The notes under the pieces were generated by a model. It had not been told where the DNA came from. It did not search any database and saw nothing but the letters and a program-made list of their open reading frames with translations. A program made the position numbers and the translations under genes. From Torpedo marmorata (lineage: Eukaryota), in contig OZ360233.1 of NCBI GenBank assembly GCA_977017645.1, forward strand, positions 55,552,001-55,616,000: DNA of 64,000 nt, in the 5' to 3' direction. This document shows positions 24,609-36,578 of this stretch, in pieces (within the stretch, counting starts at the first letter, position 1; each line of letters starts with the position of its first letter).

Positions 24609-27280
24609 GAAGGTAGAAGCTGAGAGGTGATAGGGGGAGAGGGAAGAGGCCTAAGAAGGGTGGCTTTCTGATAGGAGAAGGAAGGGAAGGGGGTGGAGAG
24701 GTGGAGGAAAGGAAACGGAGGGGTAAGGAAAGAGAGAGACTGGGGGAGGGGGTTGATGGAAAATGAAGAAGTCAATATTGATGCCGTCTGGAGACTGTCG
24801 AACAGAATACAAGTTGTTGTTTTTCCAATTTGCGGTTGCCTCGATTTGGCATTACACAAGGCCATGGACAAACATGTCAATGTGGGAATGAGGTGTGGAA
24901 TTGATGTGGTTGGCCACTGAAAGGTCCTTGCTGTTGCAGCAGGCAGTGCGACTGTGCTCAGTGGAACGATCTCCCAGTCTGCGTCCAATCTCCCCGATGT
25001 AGAGGGGGCCACATCGGGAGCACCAGATGTAGTAAATGACCCCTAGAGATTCACAGGTGAAGTGTTGCTTCACTTGGAAGGACCGTTTGGGGCCCCGAAT
25101 GGTGGTGTGGGAGGAGGTGTAGGTGCAAGTGTAGCACTTCTTGAGGTCACAGGGGTAGGTTCCAGGGAGGTGATGGTGGGAAGGGATGAGTGGAAAAGGG
25201 AGTCACAGAGGGCGTGGTCCCCATAGAAAGTGGGGAGGGGAGGAGAGGGGAAGATGCGTCTGGTGGTGGGATCGTGTTGTAGGTGGCGGAAACTGTGGAG
25301 AATGATATGTTGGATGCGGAGGCTGGTGGGATGGTAGGTGAGGACAAGGGGAATCCTGTCCTTGTTGCGTTTAGGGGGCGGAGGAGCCAGGACAGATGTT
25401 CAAGAATGAGAGGAGAATCAGGTAAGGCATGAATTAATTGCAGAAGGGAAACCTTGCTTTCTGAAGAGGCAGGCCATCTCAGATGCCCTGGATTGGAAGG
25501 CTCATCCTGGGAGCAAATCGATGGAGACGGAGGAATTGAAAGAAAAGAATAGAATCCTTACTGGAGACAGGGAGGATAAAGGTGTAGTCAAGGTAACTGT
25601 CAGAGTTAATGGGTTTATAGAAGATGTCTGTAGAGAGTTTGTCTCCCGAGATGGAGTCAGAGATTGAGAAGGGAGAGAGAGTTACCGGGCATGTAACGTG
25701 AATTTGAGGTCAGGGGGAAAGCGAGCAGCAAAGTGGATAAAGTTGACGAGCTTATCATGGGTGTGGGAGGCAACACCAATGTAGTCATCAGTGTAGCTGG
25801 GAAAGAGTTGTGGAGCCTTGCCTGCGTGGGTTTGCAGCATGGATTGCTCCACAGAGCCAATGAAAAGACAGGCACTTTGACTTGGAGAGAGTGGGATGAG
25901 TCAAAGGAGAAGTTCTTTTTAAAAAAAAATATTTTATTTAAAATTTTTAAATCACAAAATACATAAAATGAAATATAAAATTATCAAAATATTTGTGATA
26001 CATTTTCACCCCCCCTCCCCAACCCTCCCAACCCCACTAATCTAATAAAAATAAAAATATAAAATAAAAATAGGAAAGGAAGAAGAAAAAAGAAAGAAAA
26101 AGATAGAGTAAGGAGAATGTCAATCTATAAACTAATTCTATTATGGAGGTCAAGCATGCCAGTAGATCCGATATCCAGAGATCTTCAAATCCTTAAACCA
26201 ACAACTTTCATATATGGGCTCCAAATTTTTAAGAAGAAATGATACTTGTTACGTAAATTATAAGTAATTTTTTCAAGTGGTATACACGATCGAAGTTCTG
26301 CATGCCATCTTTCTAATACTAAATCTAAATCAGATTTCCAAGTAATAGTAATACATTTCTTTGAAACAGCTAAAGCAATTCGCAAAAATTCTATTTGATA
26401 CATAATTAATTTCATCTTAATACTAAATTTTCTAATATCTCCAAACAAAAATATCATAGGATCCATTGGAAATGTAATCTTAAATACTTTATCTAAATTT
26501 TTTTTAACTTTCAACCAAAAATCATAAACTTTTGGACAAAACCATGTAGAATGTACAAAAGACCCTTCCTCTTTATTACATCTAAAACATAAACCTGATA
26601 ATGTCGGATTAAATTTCTTTAGTTTTTTAGGTGTTAAATATAATTGATGAAAAAAATTGTATTGTATTAATCTATATCTAACATTAATAATCTTCGTCAT
26701 ACTTAATTTACATAATTCTTTCCAATGATTTTCATCTATTCTTACATTCAAATCTAATTCCCATTTTAATCTTGATTTATGAATTCCTACTTTAGGCATT
26801 TTCCTCTGAAACAATTTATACATTTGAGAAATAAATTTATTGACATCTCTTTAGTAACTAATAATTCTAATTCATTCTGTCTTGGTAAAATCAAAGCATA
26901 ACCTAATTTCTCAATCAGAAAAGCTCTAATTTGATAATAAGCAAAAAGTGTATTATCTAATATATTAAATTTATCTTTCATTCTTTGAAAAGTAATAAAT
27001 TTCCCAGCTTCAAAACAATCATTAATTTTCTTAATTCCTTTTTGAGGGTGAGTACAAGTTCTGTCAGGAGGAGGAGGGTGGTGAAGCAGGGGGACTGTTT
27101 CAGTCTGTTATCTAGGAAGAAGCGGTGAGCCTCGAGGCTTTCTTTGTGGGGCACGGAGGTATATCAGGGCTGGACAGTCATGGTGAAAATGAGGCAGTCC
27201 AGCCCAGGGAACTGAAAGATGTTGAAGTGATGGAGAGCATGTAAGGTGTTGCAGATGCAGGTGGGAAGGGACTGGAATAA
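24609..27280 (-). mobile_element. Decayed Penelope-like element interrupted by L1
   Basis: GIY-YIG-like FTCES..IYYIWCSRCGPLYIGE (ORF 24852-25073); RT-region remnants continue after 27045. Confidence 0.8.
25915..27045 (-). mobile_element. L1-clade LINE 3' fragment, same family as 23654-24580
   Basis: ORF 26185-26823 highly similar to the other copy (CFRCNKEEGSFVHSTWFCP); A-rich tail. Confidence 0.9.
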
Positions 27281-28461
27281 ATGATTCTGATTTACCTGCA
27301 GTCTTGAATTGCTGGGACCACTGTTCGATCACTCTCATGACTAATCTCATCACTTTGCTCTTACCGCATGGGGTTTTCTGCAGATTTTTAAATCCAAAAG
27401 GATGCCAGAGAGTGCCTGGATAGCGCGCAAAATAAAGCTTCTCACTGTATCTCAGTACATATGGCAATAAACGTGTCATCAAAACTCAATCTTTTTTGAC
27501 TGGTTAGGAACTAGTTGGTGCAGAGAAGAAACTCAGTGAGTTAGTTCACAAAATGGAGATAGAGAAGGCAATTCGGTTGGACTTGATTGCAGGAACCAGG
27601 GCAACAGGAGTGAGGAAATGGCGTTGACTGTGCACTGGATTTGATGAAATTATATTTGGAACACTGCAAGCAGTTCGGTGCTTCATACTTAGTCTTGGAG
27701 CAAAAAAGACATTAGTCATGGAGTCAGAGTCACACAGCTTGGAAGCAGGCCCTTTGGCCCATCTTGCCTACGATGACCAAAATGTCCCACCCACACTTGT
27801 CCCACCTGCCTGCATATGGCCCCATATCCCTCTGAACCCATCGTATCCATGTATCCATCCAATATTTTCTTAAACATTGCAATAGTACCTGCCTCCATCA
27901 CTTCCTACGGTAGCCCGTTCCATACACCCATTGCCCTCTGTGTAAAAAAAGTTACCTCTCAGATTCCTGTTAAATCGCTCCCCCCTCACCTTAAACCCAT
28001 GTCCAGAAGACTGTGCGTTCTATCCCTCTCATGATTATGACTACTGGAATGAGAGGTTGGGCCTCTGGAGAGAAGTTGTGTATGATTGGCCTACCTACAG
28101 CGGAGTGCAGGAGATTGATTGGACACACCTCTTGGGAACGTTTGAAGGGACGATGCAGAGGGAGCGAGCGTGGTTTGATTTCTAAAGGCAGATTTTCTCA
28201 TTAATCCTGAATGTACACGCCTATGTTCTCTTGCGGCCCCAATGCTCCCTTCCCCACCATCGACTCTTTCACCTGAACGAGCCAGACTTTATGAAAGAGA
28301 GCTGGCAAAGAAGAAAGCGACCTCACATTTAATGTGGCCACACAGAGAGGAATAAATGGGAGAGGTTCTTGCCTGAATGAGAAGCGTGTCAGGCCGGAAC
28401 GATCATGAGCCGTCGGGTAAATGCTGCTCCAAGGCAGTCGATGAGTAGCCCACACAATTAC

Positions 28462-28683
28462 CTGTGGGGTGTTGCTGTGGCCTCATTGTGATTCACTTCA
28501 CACATGTCTGGCATTGTGAGGTCAGCGGCTGCTGTGAATGCCCTGCAGTGCTTTCTGGGAGTGCCAGAGTGGGACTGAAGGAACACTCCCACAGATGGAG
28601 TCTTCACAGCCTGCTGCACATCAGCTTTCTGCCTTGTGTTGGCCATTCCTTCTGGTCTCCCTGATTCTCCACTATCTGTATCT
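28462..28683 (-). CDS. Candidate further upstream exon (DTDSGESGRPEGMANTRQK...ATPH)
   Basis: 222-nt open frame in unique sequence; caacAG acceptor with weak pyrimidine tract and cacAG|GTaatt donor. Its phase-2 end matches the phase-2 start of exon 13144. Confidence 0.4.
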
Positions 28684-31600
28684 CTGTTGGAATGTTTCAG
28701 AACGTCCTAGAGTTCCACAGTGCAATAACAGACCCTTCGGCCCAACTTGTCCATGCTGACCAAGTTGAATTTCACCTGGGTCCAGGCCCGAAACGTTGGT
28801 TACCCTTTTACTCCCCATGGATGCTGCGTGACCTACTGAGTTTCTCCAGCACATTTGTGTGCTGGCACTCGACCCCAGTATCTGCAGACTTGCTTATTTT
28901 ACTAAACTTCAGCCAGAGGGTGGTGAATCAGTGGGATTCGTTGCCACAGACGGCTGTGGAGGCCAAGTTATTGGGTAGATTTAAAGCAGATGTGGATGGG
29001 TTCTTGATCGGTAAGGGTGTCAAAGGTTACAGGGAGAAGACAGGTGAATGGAGTTAAGAAGGAAAATACATCAGCCATGATTCGAATGGCGGAGCAGTCT
29101 TGATGGGCTAAATGGTCTAATTCTGCTCCTACATCTTATGGTCTTATGGTTCCATTTGCCTGTGTTCAGCCCACTTCCCTCGAAACCTTTGCTATCCATG
29201 GCTTCGTTCAACTGTCTTTTGAACATTACAATTGTTCCCACTTCTACCACTTCCTCTGACAGCTCGTTCCATATACTCACCACTTTCAGGTCCCTTTTAA
29301 ATCTCTCCCCCTCATCTCAAATCTATACCCTCTAGTTTAGAAGTTGCTCTCCTCAAGATCGGAAGAAGCCGCAGAAGGTGGTGAATGCAGCTCAGAACAT
29401 CACGCAAACCTCCCTCCCCTCCGGGGACTCCAATCAACATCTCCAGCTGCCTAGGAAAGTCAGTCGACACACTGAATGCCCCACCACACTCCGGACATGC
29501 TCTCTTCTCCACCCCCCCACCACCCCCCCTATCAGAGAGAAGGCTCGAGAGATTGAAAATGCACACATACAGGCTTAAAGACATTTTCTTCCCCGCAGCC
29601 ATCAGGCTCCTGAATGAACCCCACAACAATGCTCTCATGCTGCCCTTACTTATCGATCTATTTTCATTGTAACTCAATACAAGCGTTACTCTATAATTTG
29701 CAATTGTGCTCTTGTTCTTCTACCTTATACGGTCGTGTGAATGTTAGAGTTAACCTATTAGACTGCTTGAAGAAGAACCTTTCTTACTGCAGCAGGGATA
29801 ATGGTTCATCTTTCTCAGCTCCTTGCCCTCTCCCCCATCAACTCTCAGCTTCTTTCTCTTTTCCCCCCTCCCACCTGTATCCATCTATCACCTGCTAGCC
29901 TGTGCTCCTCCTCCTTCCCCTCCCCCCCCCCCCAACCCCTCTTCTTATTCAAGCGTATGCCTGATCTTTAGCACTCCTGAAGAAGGGCTCAGGTGCCAAA
30001 GACTGACTGCCTGTTGCTTTCCATGGATGCTGTAAGACCTGCTGAGTTCCCCCAGCACATTTATACACTACATTAGTTCCCTGCATCTGAAGACTTCTTG
30101 CTTACCTGTATTTTGATTTTTAGATGGATTTTGATAATATAGAGATGAACAATGGAATGTGGGTACGGAAATGGTTGGACCTGGGGTTGATTAACAGATA
30201 GAAAACAAAGAATAGGAAGGCAGGGATCATTTGCAGTTGCAGCTGAGACTACTGCTGTCCTTCAGTGATTAGATCACAAACCCAAGCTATCTGCAACCAT
30301 CATCAATACAGATAAAATTGAAAATGTAGATGCACTGTGTGCATTTACACTGCATGTACATATATAGGATGTACATATACTGTATGTGCACGTATAATGT
30401 ATGTGAATATACACTGTATGTATGTACATATACACTATGTGCAAGTCAAGTCAAGTCAAGTTTATTGTCATCTGATTGTACAAGTACAAACTGACAAAAC
30501 AGCATTCTCCAGTCCTCGGTCTAAAACACGCAGACACACAACCAGACATAATACACATACAGACAAACAATACAAGTATGCAGGACAAGTATTCATATAT
30601 ACAAACAAATAAATATATCTTGTTTCGTGAATATGAGAGTCTCGGATGGTTAGTGTGAGCAGTTCCTTTGGTCGTTCAGCATTCTCACTGCCCGTGGGAA
30701 GAAGCTGTTCCTCAGCCTGGTTGTGCTGGCTCTGATACTCCTGTATCTCTTTCCCAATGGGAGTAGCTGAAAGATGCAGTGGAAAGGGTCCTCAATGATT
30801 TTGCACGCCCTCTTCAGACAACAATCCCGGTAGATCACATCGATGTGGTGGGGGGGGGGGGGGAGACGCCAGTTATCCTCTTTGCCACTCTTATGGTCTT
30901 GTAGATTGACCTCCGATCCATTTCTCTGCAGCAACTGTACCACACTGTGATGCAGCCAGCCAGGAAGCTCTCAATAGAGCTCCTATAGAAGGTTGACGTA
31001 ACGGTGGCCGGTAGCCTTGCCTGCTTCTGTCTTCTCAGGAAGTGCAGTTGCTGTTGCGTCTTCCTGACAAGAGAGGAGATGTTGTGTGTCCACGATAGGT
31101 CACTAGTTAAGTGAACTCCAAGGAACTTGGTGCTCCCCACTCTCTCCACTACAGAGTTATTGATGTGTAGTGGAGGGTGGCTGTTCCTGGTCCTCCTGAA
31201 GTCCACGATCATCTCATTCGACTTGTCTACGCTGAGACTCAAGTTGTTACTCTTGCACCAAATCACAAGATTTTCCACCTCATCGTTGTTGCTGATGAGG
31301 CCAACTACTGTTGTGTCACCTGCAAACTTGATGACCCTGTTGGAGCTGGATCTGGCGATGCAGTCGTGGGTGAGTAGCGTGAACAGGAGCGGGCTGAGCA
31401 CACAGTCCTGAGGTGCGCCAGTGCTCAGCGCGACAGTGCTCGACATTCTGCTATCGACCTGGACAGACTGTGGTCTTTCCGTTAGGATGTCCAGGATCCA
31501 GTAACAGAGAGGGGTGTTGAGTCCCAGCGAGGCAGCTTCTCCACCAGCCTCTGGGGAATGATCATATTAAATGCCGAACTGAAGTCGATGAACAGCAGCC

Positions 31601-31956
31601 TGGCGTATGGGGCATCATTCTCCAGGTGTGTCAGGACGGAGAGAAGGGACAAGGCTATAGCATTGTCTGTGGAATGGTTTCTTCTATAGGTGAATTGAAA
31701 TGGGTCCAGCGTCTCTGGGAGGTGTGCTTTGATGCGTTCCACCACCAGATGCTCGAAGCATTTCATAATAGTGGAGCTCAGTGCCACAGGGCGGTAGTCA
31801 TTGAGGCCTGTTATTTTTGCCCCCTTACGTATCAGGATGATGGTGGCTGTCTTGAACTTTGCAGGAACGATGGACTGCTGCAGTGAGGTGTTGAAGATGC
31901 CCGTGAAGACCTCCGTCAATTGGTCTGCGCAGTCCTTCAGTACCCGACCAGGTATG

Positions 31957-34900
31957 TGATGTACCTATCAATGACTAACACGAGTCAGGAAGTGCAGGGA
32001 ATCAATAGGCTTTTATTACCAGAAATCAGGCCAGGGCTAAGCTACACTTTGACCTGGTGATCCCTGCTGGACTGTCCCGGAACTGTGGGTGGAGTCAATG
32101 GCTCAAGGCCTTTATTCCAGGGGAAAGGGGGAGGAGTCACCGGGACAGACAGACAGGTCATGATCAGACTTGCCCCAGCCCACAATACACATATACATAC
32201 TATAGTGGTTTACCACATTCACCCCTTCTTTTAGAACAAGTCCGACGGGGGGGGGGTGAAGTGGTCACCGTAATTAAAGATACACAAATCACACAAAAAT
32301 ACTCAAATTATTTACATAGTCGCCATCACATCTACAGATTGAGTCTATCCGGCGGTCGGGCTCGCCGCTGTGACCTGCGTAATACCTGCGGTGATGGCGC
32401 GGGCGATGATTGCAGTTGTGGCTGTGGAACGAGGGTAGGGTGGGTCTGGGTCTGGGTTGCCTCCTGCCTGGCTTGTGGCTCGTCCAGCTCCGGCTGGGGC
32501 GTTGTACCCGCCGTGCTGGGGGGCGGATGAGGCGGAGGGGGCAGCTGTGACCCGGCTTCTCCGCTGTCGGGGACCTCTTCTGACGCTCCTGTAGGCGCCA
32601 GGTCCCGTATTGACACCGTGTCTTCCCGGCCGTCGGGGAAAACAATGAATGCGTACTGCGGGTTCGCGTGGGTCAGCTGCACCCTCTCGACCAAGGACTC
32701 GTACTTGCTACTCCGAAGATGTTTGCGGAGTAGCACCGGTCCCGGGGACGTCAGCCAGTCAGGGAGGGTAGTTCCGGTGGTCGATTTTCTAGGGAAGGAA
32801 AAAAGACGTTCGTGAGGGGTAGCGTTAGTGGCGGTACATAACAGGGATCGTATAGAGTGGAGGGCGTCCAGGAGAACCTCCTGCCAGCGGGCCACTGGCC
32901 ACCCTTTTGATTTCAGGGCCAGTAGTGTAGCTGTCCATACAGTGGCGTTCTCCCTCTCCACCTGTCCGTTCCCCCGTGGGTTGTACCCCGTGGTCCTACT
33001 GGTGGCGATGCCTCGGGCCTGCAGGTACTGCCGCAGCTCCTCGCTCATGAACGCGGATCCCCGATCGCTATGGACATAGCTGGGGAACCCGAACAAGGTG
33101 AATACCTGGCGGAGGGCTTTGATAGCCGAAGCCGCCGAGGTATCGGGGCAGGGGATGGCAAAGGGGAACCGCGAGTACTCATCGATGATATTAAGGAAGT
33201 ACACGTTGCGGTTCGTGGAGGGAAGGGGGCCCTTGAAGTCTATACTGAGACGTTCGAACGGGCGGGTGGCCTTGACCAGCTGTGCTCTGTCGGGGCGGTA
33301 GTACTGCGGTTTGCATTCCGCACAGACTCGGCAGCTGCTGGTCATGGTTCGGACCTCTTCCAGGGAGTAAGGCAGGTTCCGTGCTTTGATGAAGTGGAAC
33401 AGCCTGGTGACTCCTGGGTGGCAGAGGTCGTTGTGTAGGGAGTATACTCGGTCGATCTGCGCGCTGGCGCACGATCCCCGGGATAGAGCATCGGAGGGCT
33501 CGTTGAGCTTCCCGGGCCGGTAAAGGATGTCGTAATTGTAGGTGGAGAGTTCTATTCTCCACCTCATGATTTTATCATTCTTGATTTTACCCCGCTGCTG
33601 GTTGTTAAACATGAATGCAACGGAGCGCTGGTCCGTCAGCAGGGTAAAACTTTTTCCGGCGAGATAGTGCCTCCAGTGCCGAATAGCCTCAACTATGGCC
33701 TGGGCCTCTTTCTCTACCGCGGAGTGCCGAATTTCGGGGCCTTGAAGGGTGCGGGAGAAAAACGCTACCGGTCTTCCCGCCTGGTTGAGGGTAGCAGCCA
33801 GTGCGAAGTCCGAGGCGTCACTCTCCACCTGAAAAGGTACCGACTAGTCCACCGCGTGCATCGCTGCTCGGGCGATGTCCCCTTTTATGAGGTCGAAGGC
33901 CTCGCGTGCCTCCGCTGCCAGGGGAAACTTGGTGGATTTGACGAGGGGTCTGGCTTTGTCCGCGTAGTTTGGGACCCACTGCGCATAATACGAGAAGAAC
34001 CCGAGGCATCGTTTAAGGGCTTTGGGGGTGTGGGGAATCGGAAGTTCCAACAGGGGGCGCATGCGGTCGGGGTCGGGTCCAATCACCCCGTTCTCCACGA
34101 CGCACCCCAGGATAGCGAGTCGGGTAGTCCCGAACACGCATTTCTCCTTGTTATAAGTGAGGTTCAGCGTCTTGGCCGCCTGTAGGAACTTCCGAAGGTT
34201 CCTATCGTGATCCTGGCGATCATGACCACAAATGGTGATGTCGTCCAGGTACGGGAAGGTGGCAGTGAGTTTGAACTGGTCAATGATCCTGTCCATCTCC
34301 CGTTGAAACACAGATACCCCGTTTGTTACCCCGAAGGGGACGCGCAGAAAATGGAATAATCTGCCGTCCGCCTCGAAAGCGGTGTACGCTCGGTCTTCCC
34401 GGCGAATCGGAAGCTGGTGGTAAGCCGACTTTAGATCGATGGTGGAAAATATTTTGTACTGCGCAATCTGGTTGACCATATCCGCGATTCTTGGCAGCGG
34501 ATAGGCATCCAGTTGCGTGAACCGGTTAATGGTCTGGCTATAGTCCACCATCATCCGGCTCTTAGCCCCGTTCTTCACTACGACTACCTGTGCTCTCCAG
34601 GGGCTGTTACTGCGTGCGATGATCCCTTCCCCCAGTAGACGATGCACCTCCGCCTTAATGAATGCCCTGTCCCCTGCACTGTATCGCCTACTTTTAGTTG
34701 CTACAGGCTTACAGTCAGGGGTCAGGTTGGCGAAAAGTGACGGGGGTTGGGTCTTCAGCGTGGAGAGACCACAGGTAGTCTGGGGCGTATTACTCAAATA
34801 CTGGGGGTTAGTCACTACGATCGGAGGGTGGGGCCCATCATAGTGCATGGTGACGCTTCGCAGGTGGCTTTGGAAGTCCAGTCCCAGCAATACAGGAGCA

Positions 34901-36578
34901 CACAAACGGGGCATGACCAACAATGAAAACCCGCGATATTCCGTGCCCTGTACCACTATATTCGCCACACAACCCCCCCGGATGTCTGTTGTGTGCGTTC
35001 CAGACGCCATGGCCACCCTCTGGCTTACCGGTACAATTGTGAGGCCACAGCGCTGGACGGTGTCTGGATGAACAAAACTTTCAGTGCTGCCTGTGTCGAA
35101 CAGGCAGGTCGTCTTATGCCCCTCAACTAGTATGTCCATCATCGATCTGGACAGCTGATGGGGCGCGCTCTGATCCAGCGTCACGGATGCCAGGGTCGGG
35201 ACGAAGTCTTGATCCGATGAGCCGTCTTGATCCGACGCTGACGGCAGCTCCCGTAGGTCGCACGTGTCGCTACAAGATGGCGGCGCCGGAAGTGCTGGAA
35301 GTGCTGCGGTGAGGCTGTAAAATGGCCTTGCCGGAAGTGTCGATACCGGAAATGCCGAAGGCCAAGATGGCCGCCTCCATTCCTCGCATGAGGTCACCGC
35401 CGGAAGTGACGACAGGTAAGATGGCCGCTCCCTTACTTCGCACGCGGCGCTGCTCGGACCCGTACGCGACTTGGAGCGGCAGGCCTTAGCATAGTGGCCT
35501 TTCTTGCCGCAGCTAGAACAAGTCGCGTCTCGGGCCGGGCAGCGCTTACGTGTTTGTCGAGCCCGCAGAAGTAATACTTCTCGGGCTCCCGGGTAACAGC
35601 GGCAGCGGTTAACTCATGGATGGCGGCGGGCTCCCGGGTAGCGGCGGCAGCGGCCAACTCACGGATAGCGTCGGCGGCGGCGATCGGGTCCCGGTAGACG
35701 GCAGCGGCAGTCACGTCGCTTGCAGGGCTGGCGGTTGGGGCGATCCACGAGGCAGGCTGCGCCTGCATAGCGTCAGCGTTCCTGAGCGCCGACTCCAGCG
35801 TGAGGGCCGTGCGGACGGTAGATTTCAGGGTCAGGTCGGCGTGTTCCAGCAATCGCTGGCGAATGTAAACCGACCTGAGCCCCATAATGATAGTGTCCCT
35901 TGCCAATATTTCAGCGTGTTGCTCGGCCGTCAGGGCTCGGCAATCGCACGCCCGCACCAGGAGCTGCACGTCCTGGATATACTCGGAGATCGACTCTCCG
36001 GGTCGCTGGCGCCGTTGCGATAACCTGTGCCTCGCGTAAACCTCGTTCACCGGCGTCAGGTACAGTCTTCGGAGGGCTCCCAAGGCATCCTCATAGGTTT
36101 CACAGTCTCTGACGGTGTTATACACCCGTTTGCTTACCCTAGACATGAGGATGTCGAGTTTATCCTCGTTGGTAGCCGCTCTGGTCGACCTCAGGAAGGC
36201 TACGAAGCAGCGTAGCCAGAGTTCAAAGTCACTTGCGGCGTCTTGGGTCAGGGGGTCGATGTCCAGCTTGTCCGGCCTCAGAAAATTCTCCATCAGATTT
36301 AGAACTGGTAATAAAATTGATGTACCTATCAATGACTAACACGAGTCAGGAAGTGCAGGAAATCAATAGGCTTTTATTACCAGAAATCAGGCCAGGGCTA
36401 AGCTACACTTTGACCTGGTGATCCCTGCTGGACTGTCCCGGAACTGTGGGTGGAGTCAATGGCTCAAGGCCTTTATTCCAGGGGAAAGGGGGAGGAGTCA
36501 CCGGGACAGACAGACAGGTCATGATCAGACTTGTCCCAGCCCACAATACACATATACATACTATAGTGGTTTACCACA
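31957..36578 (-). mobile_element. Full-length young Ty3/Gypsy LTR retrotransposon (gag-PR-RT-RH-IN)
   Basis: LTRs 31957-32217 and 36318-36578 (261 bp, TG..CA, 2 differences by eye); 5-bp TSD GTATG at 31952-31956 and 36579-36583; polypurine tract AAAAGAAGGGGTGAA next to the 3' LTR; motifs FDTGS, YLDD, SDASD, HPG..CxxC, SDRG, GQVER. Confidence 0.97.
32332..36293 (-). pseudogene. gag-pol ORF of the Gypsy element, broken by one frameshift (~35551) and one nonsense codon (33846-33844)
   Basis: The gag frame shifts inside the zinc-knuckle region (FCGLDKH / RKRCPARDATCSSCGKKGHYAKAC). pol reads AVD*SVPFQVESDASD where the related element reads AVDESTPFQVESDASD. Confidence 0.85.

Noticed and set aside
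33844-33846. Programmed stop-codon readthrough in pol
   Set aside because: The position is inside the RT-RNase H region rather than the gag-pol junction, and the sister element has Glu here; a simple nonsense mutation is more likely.
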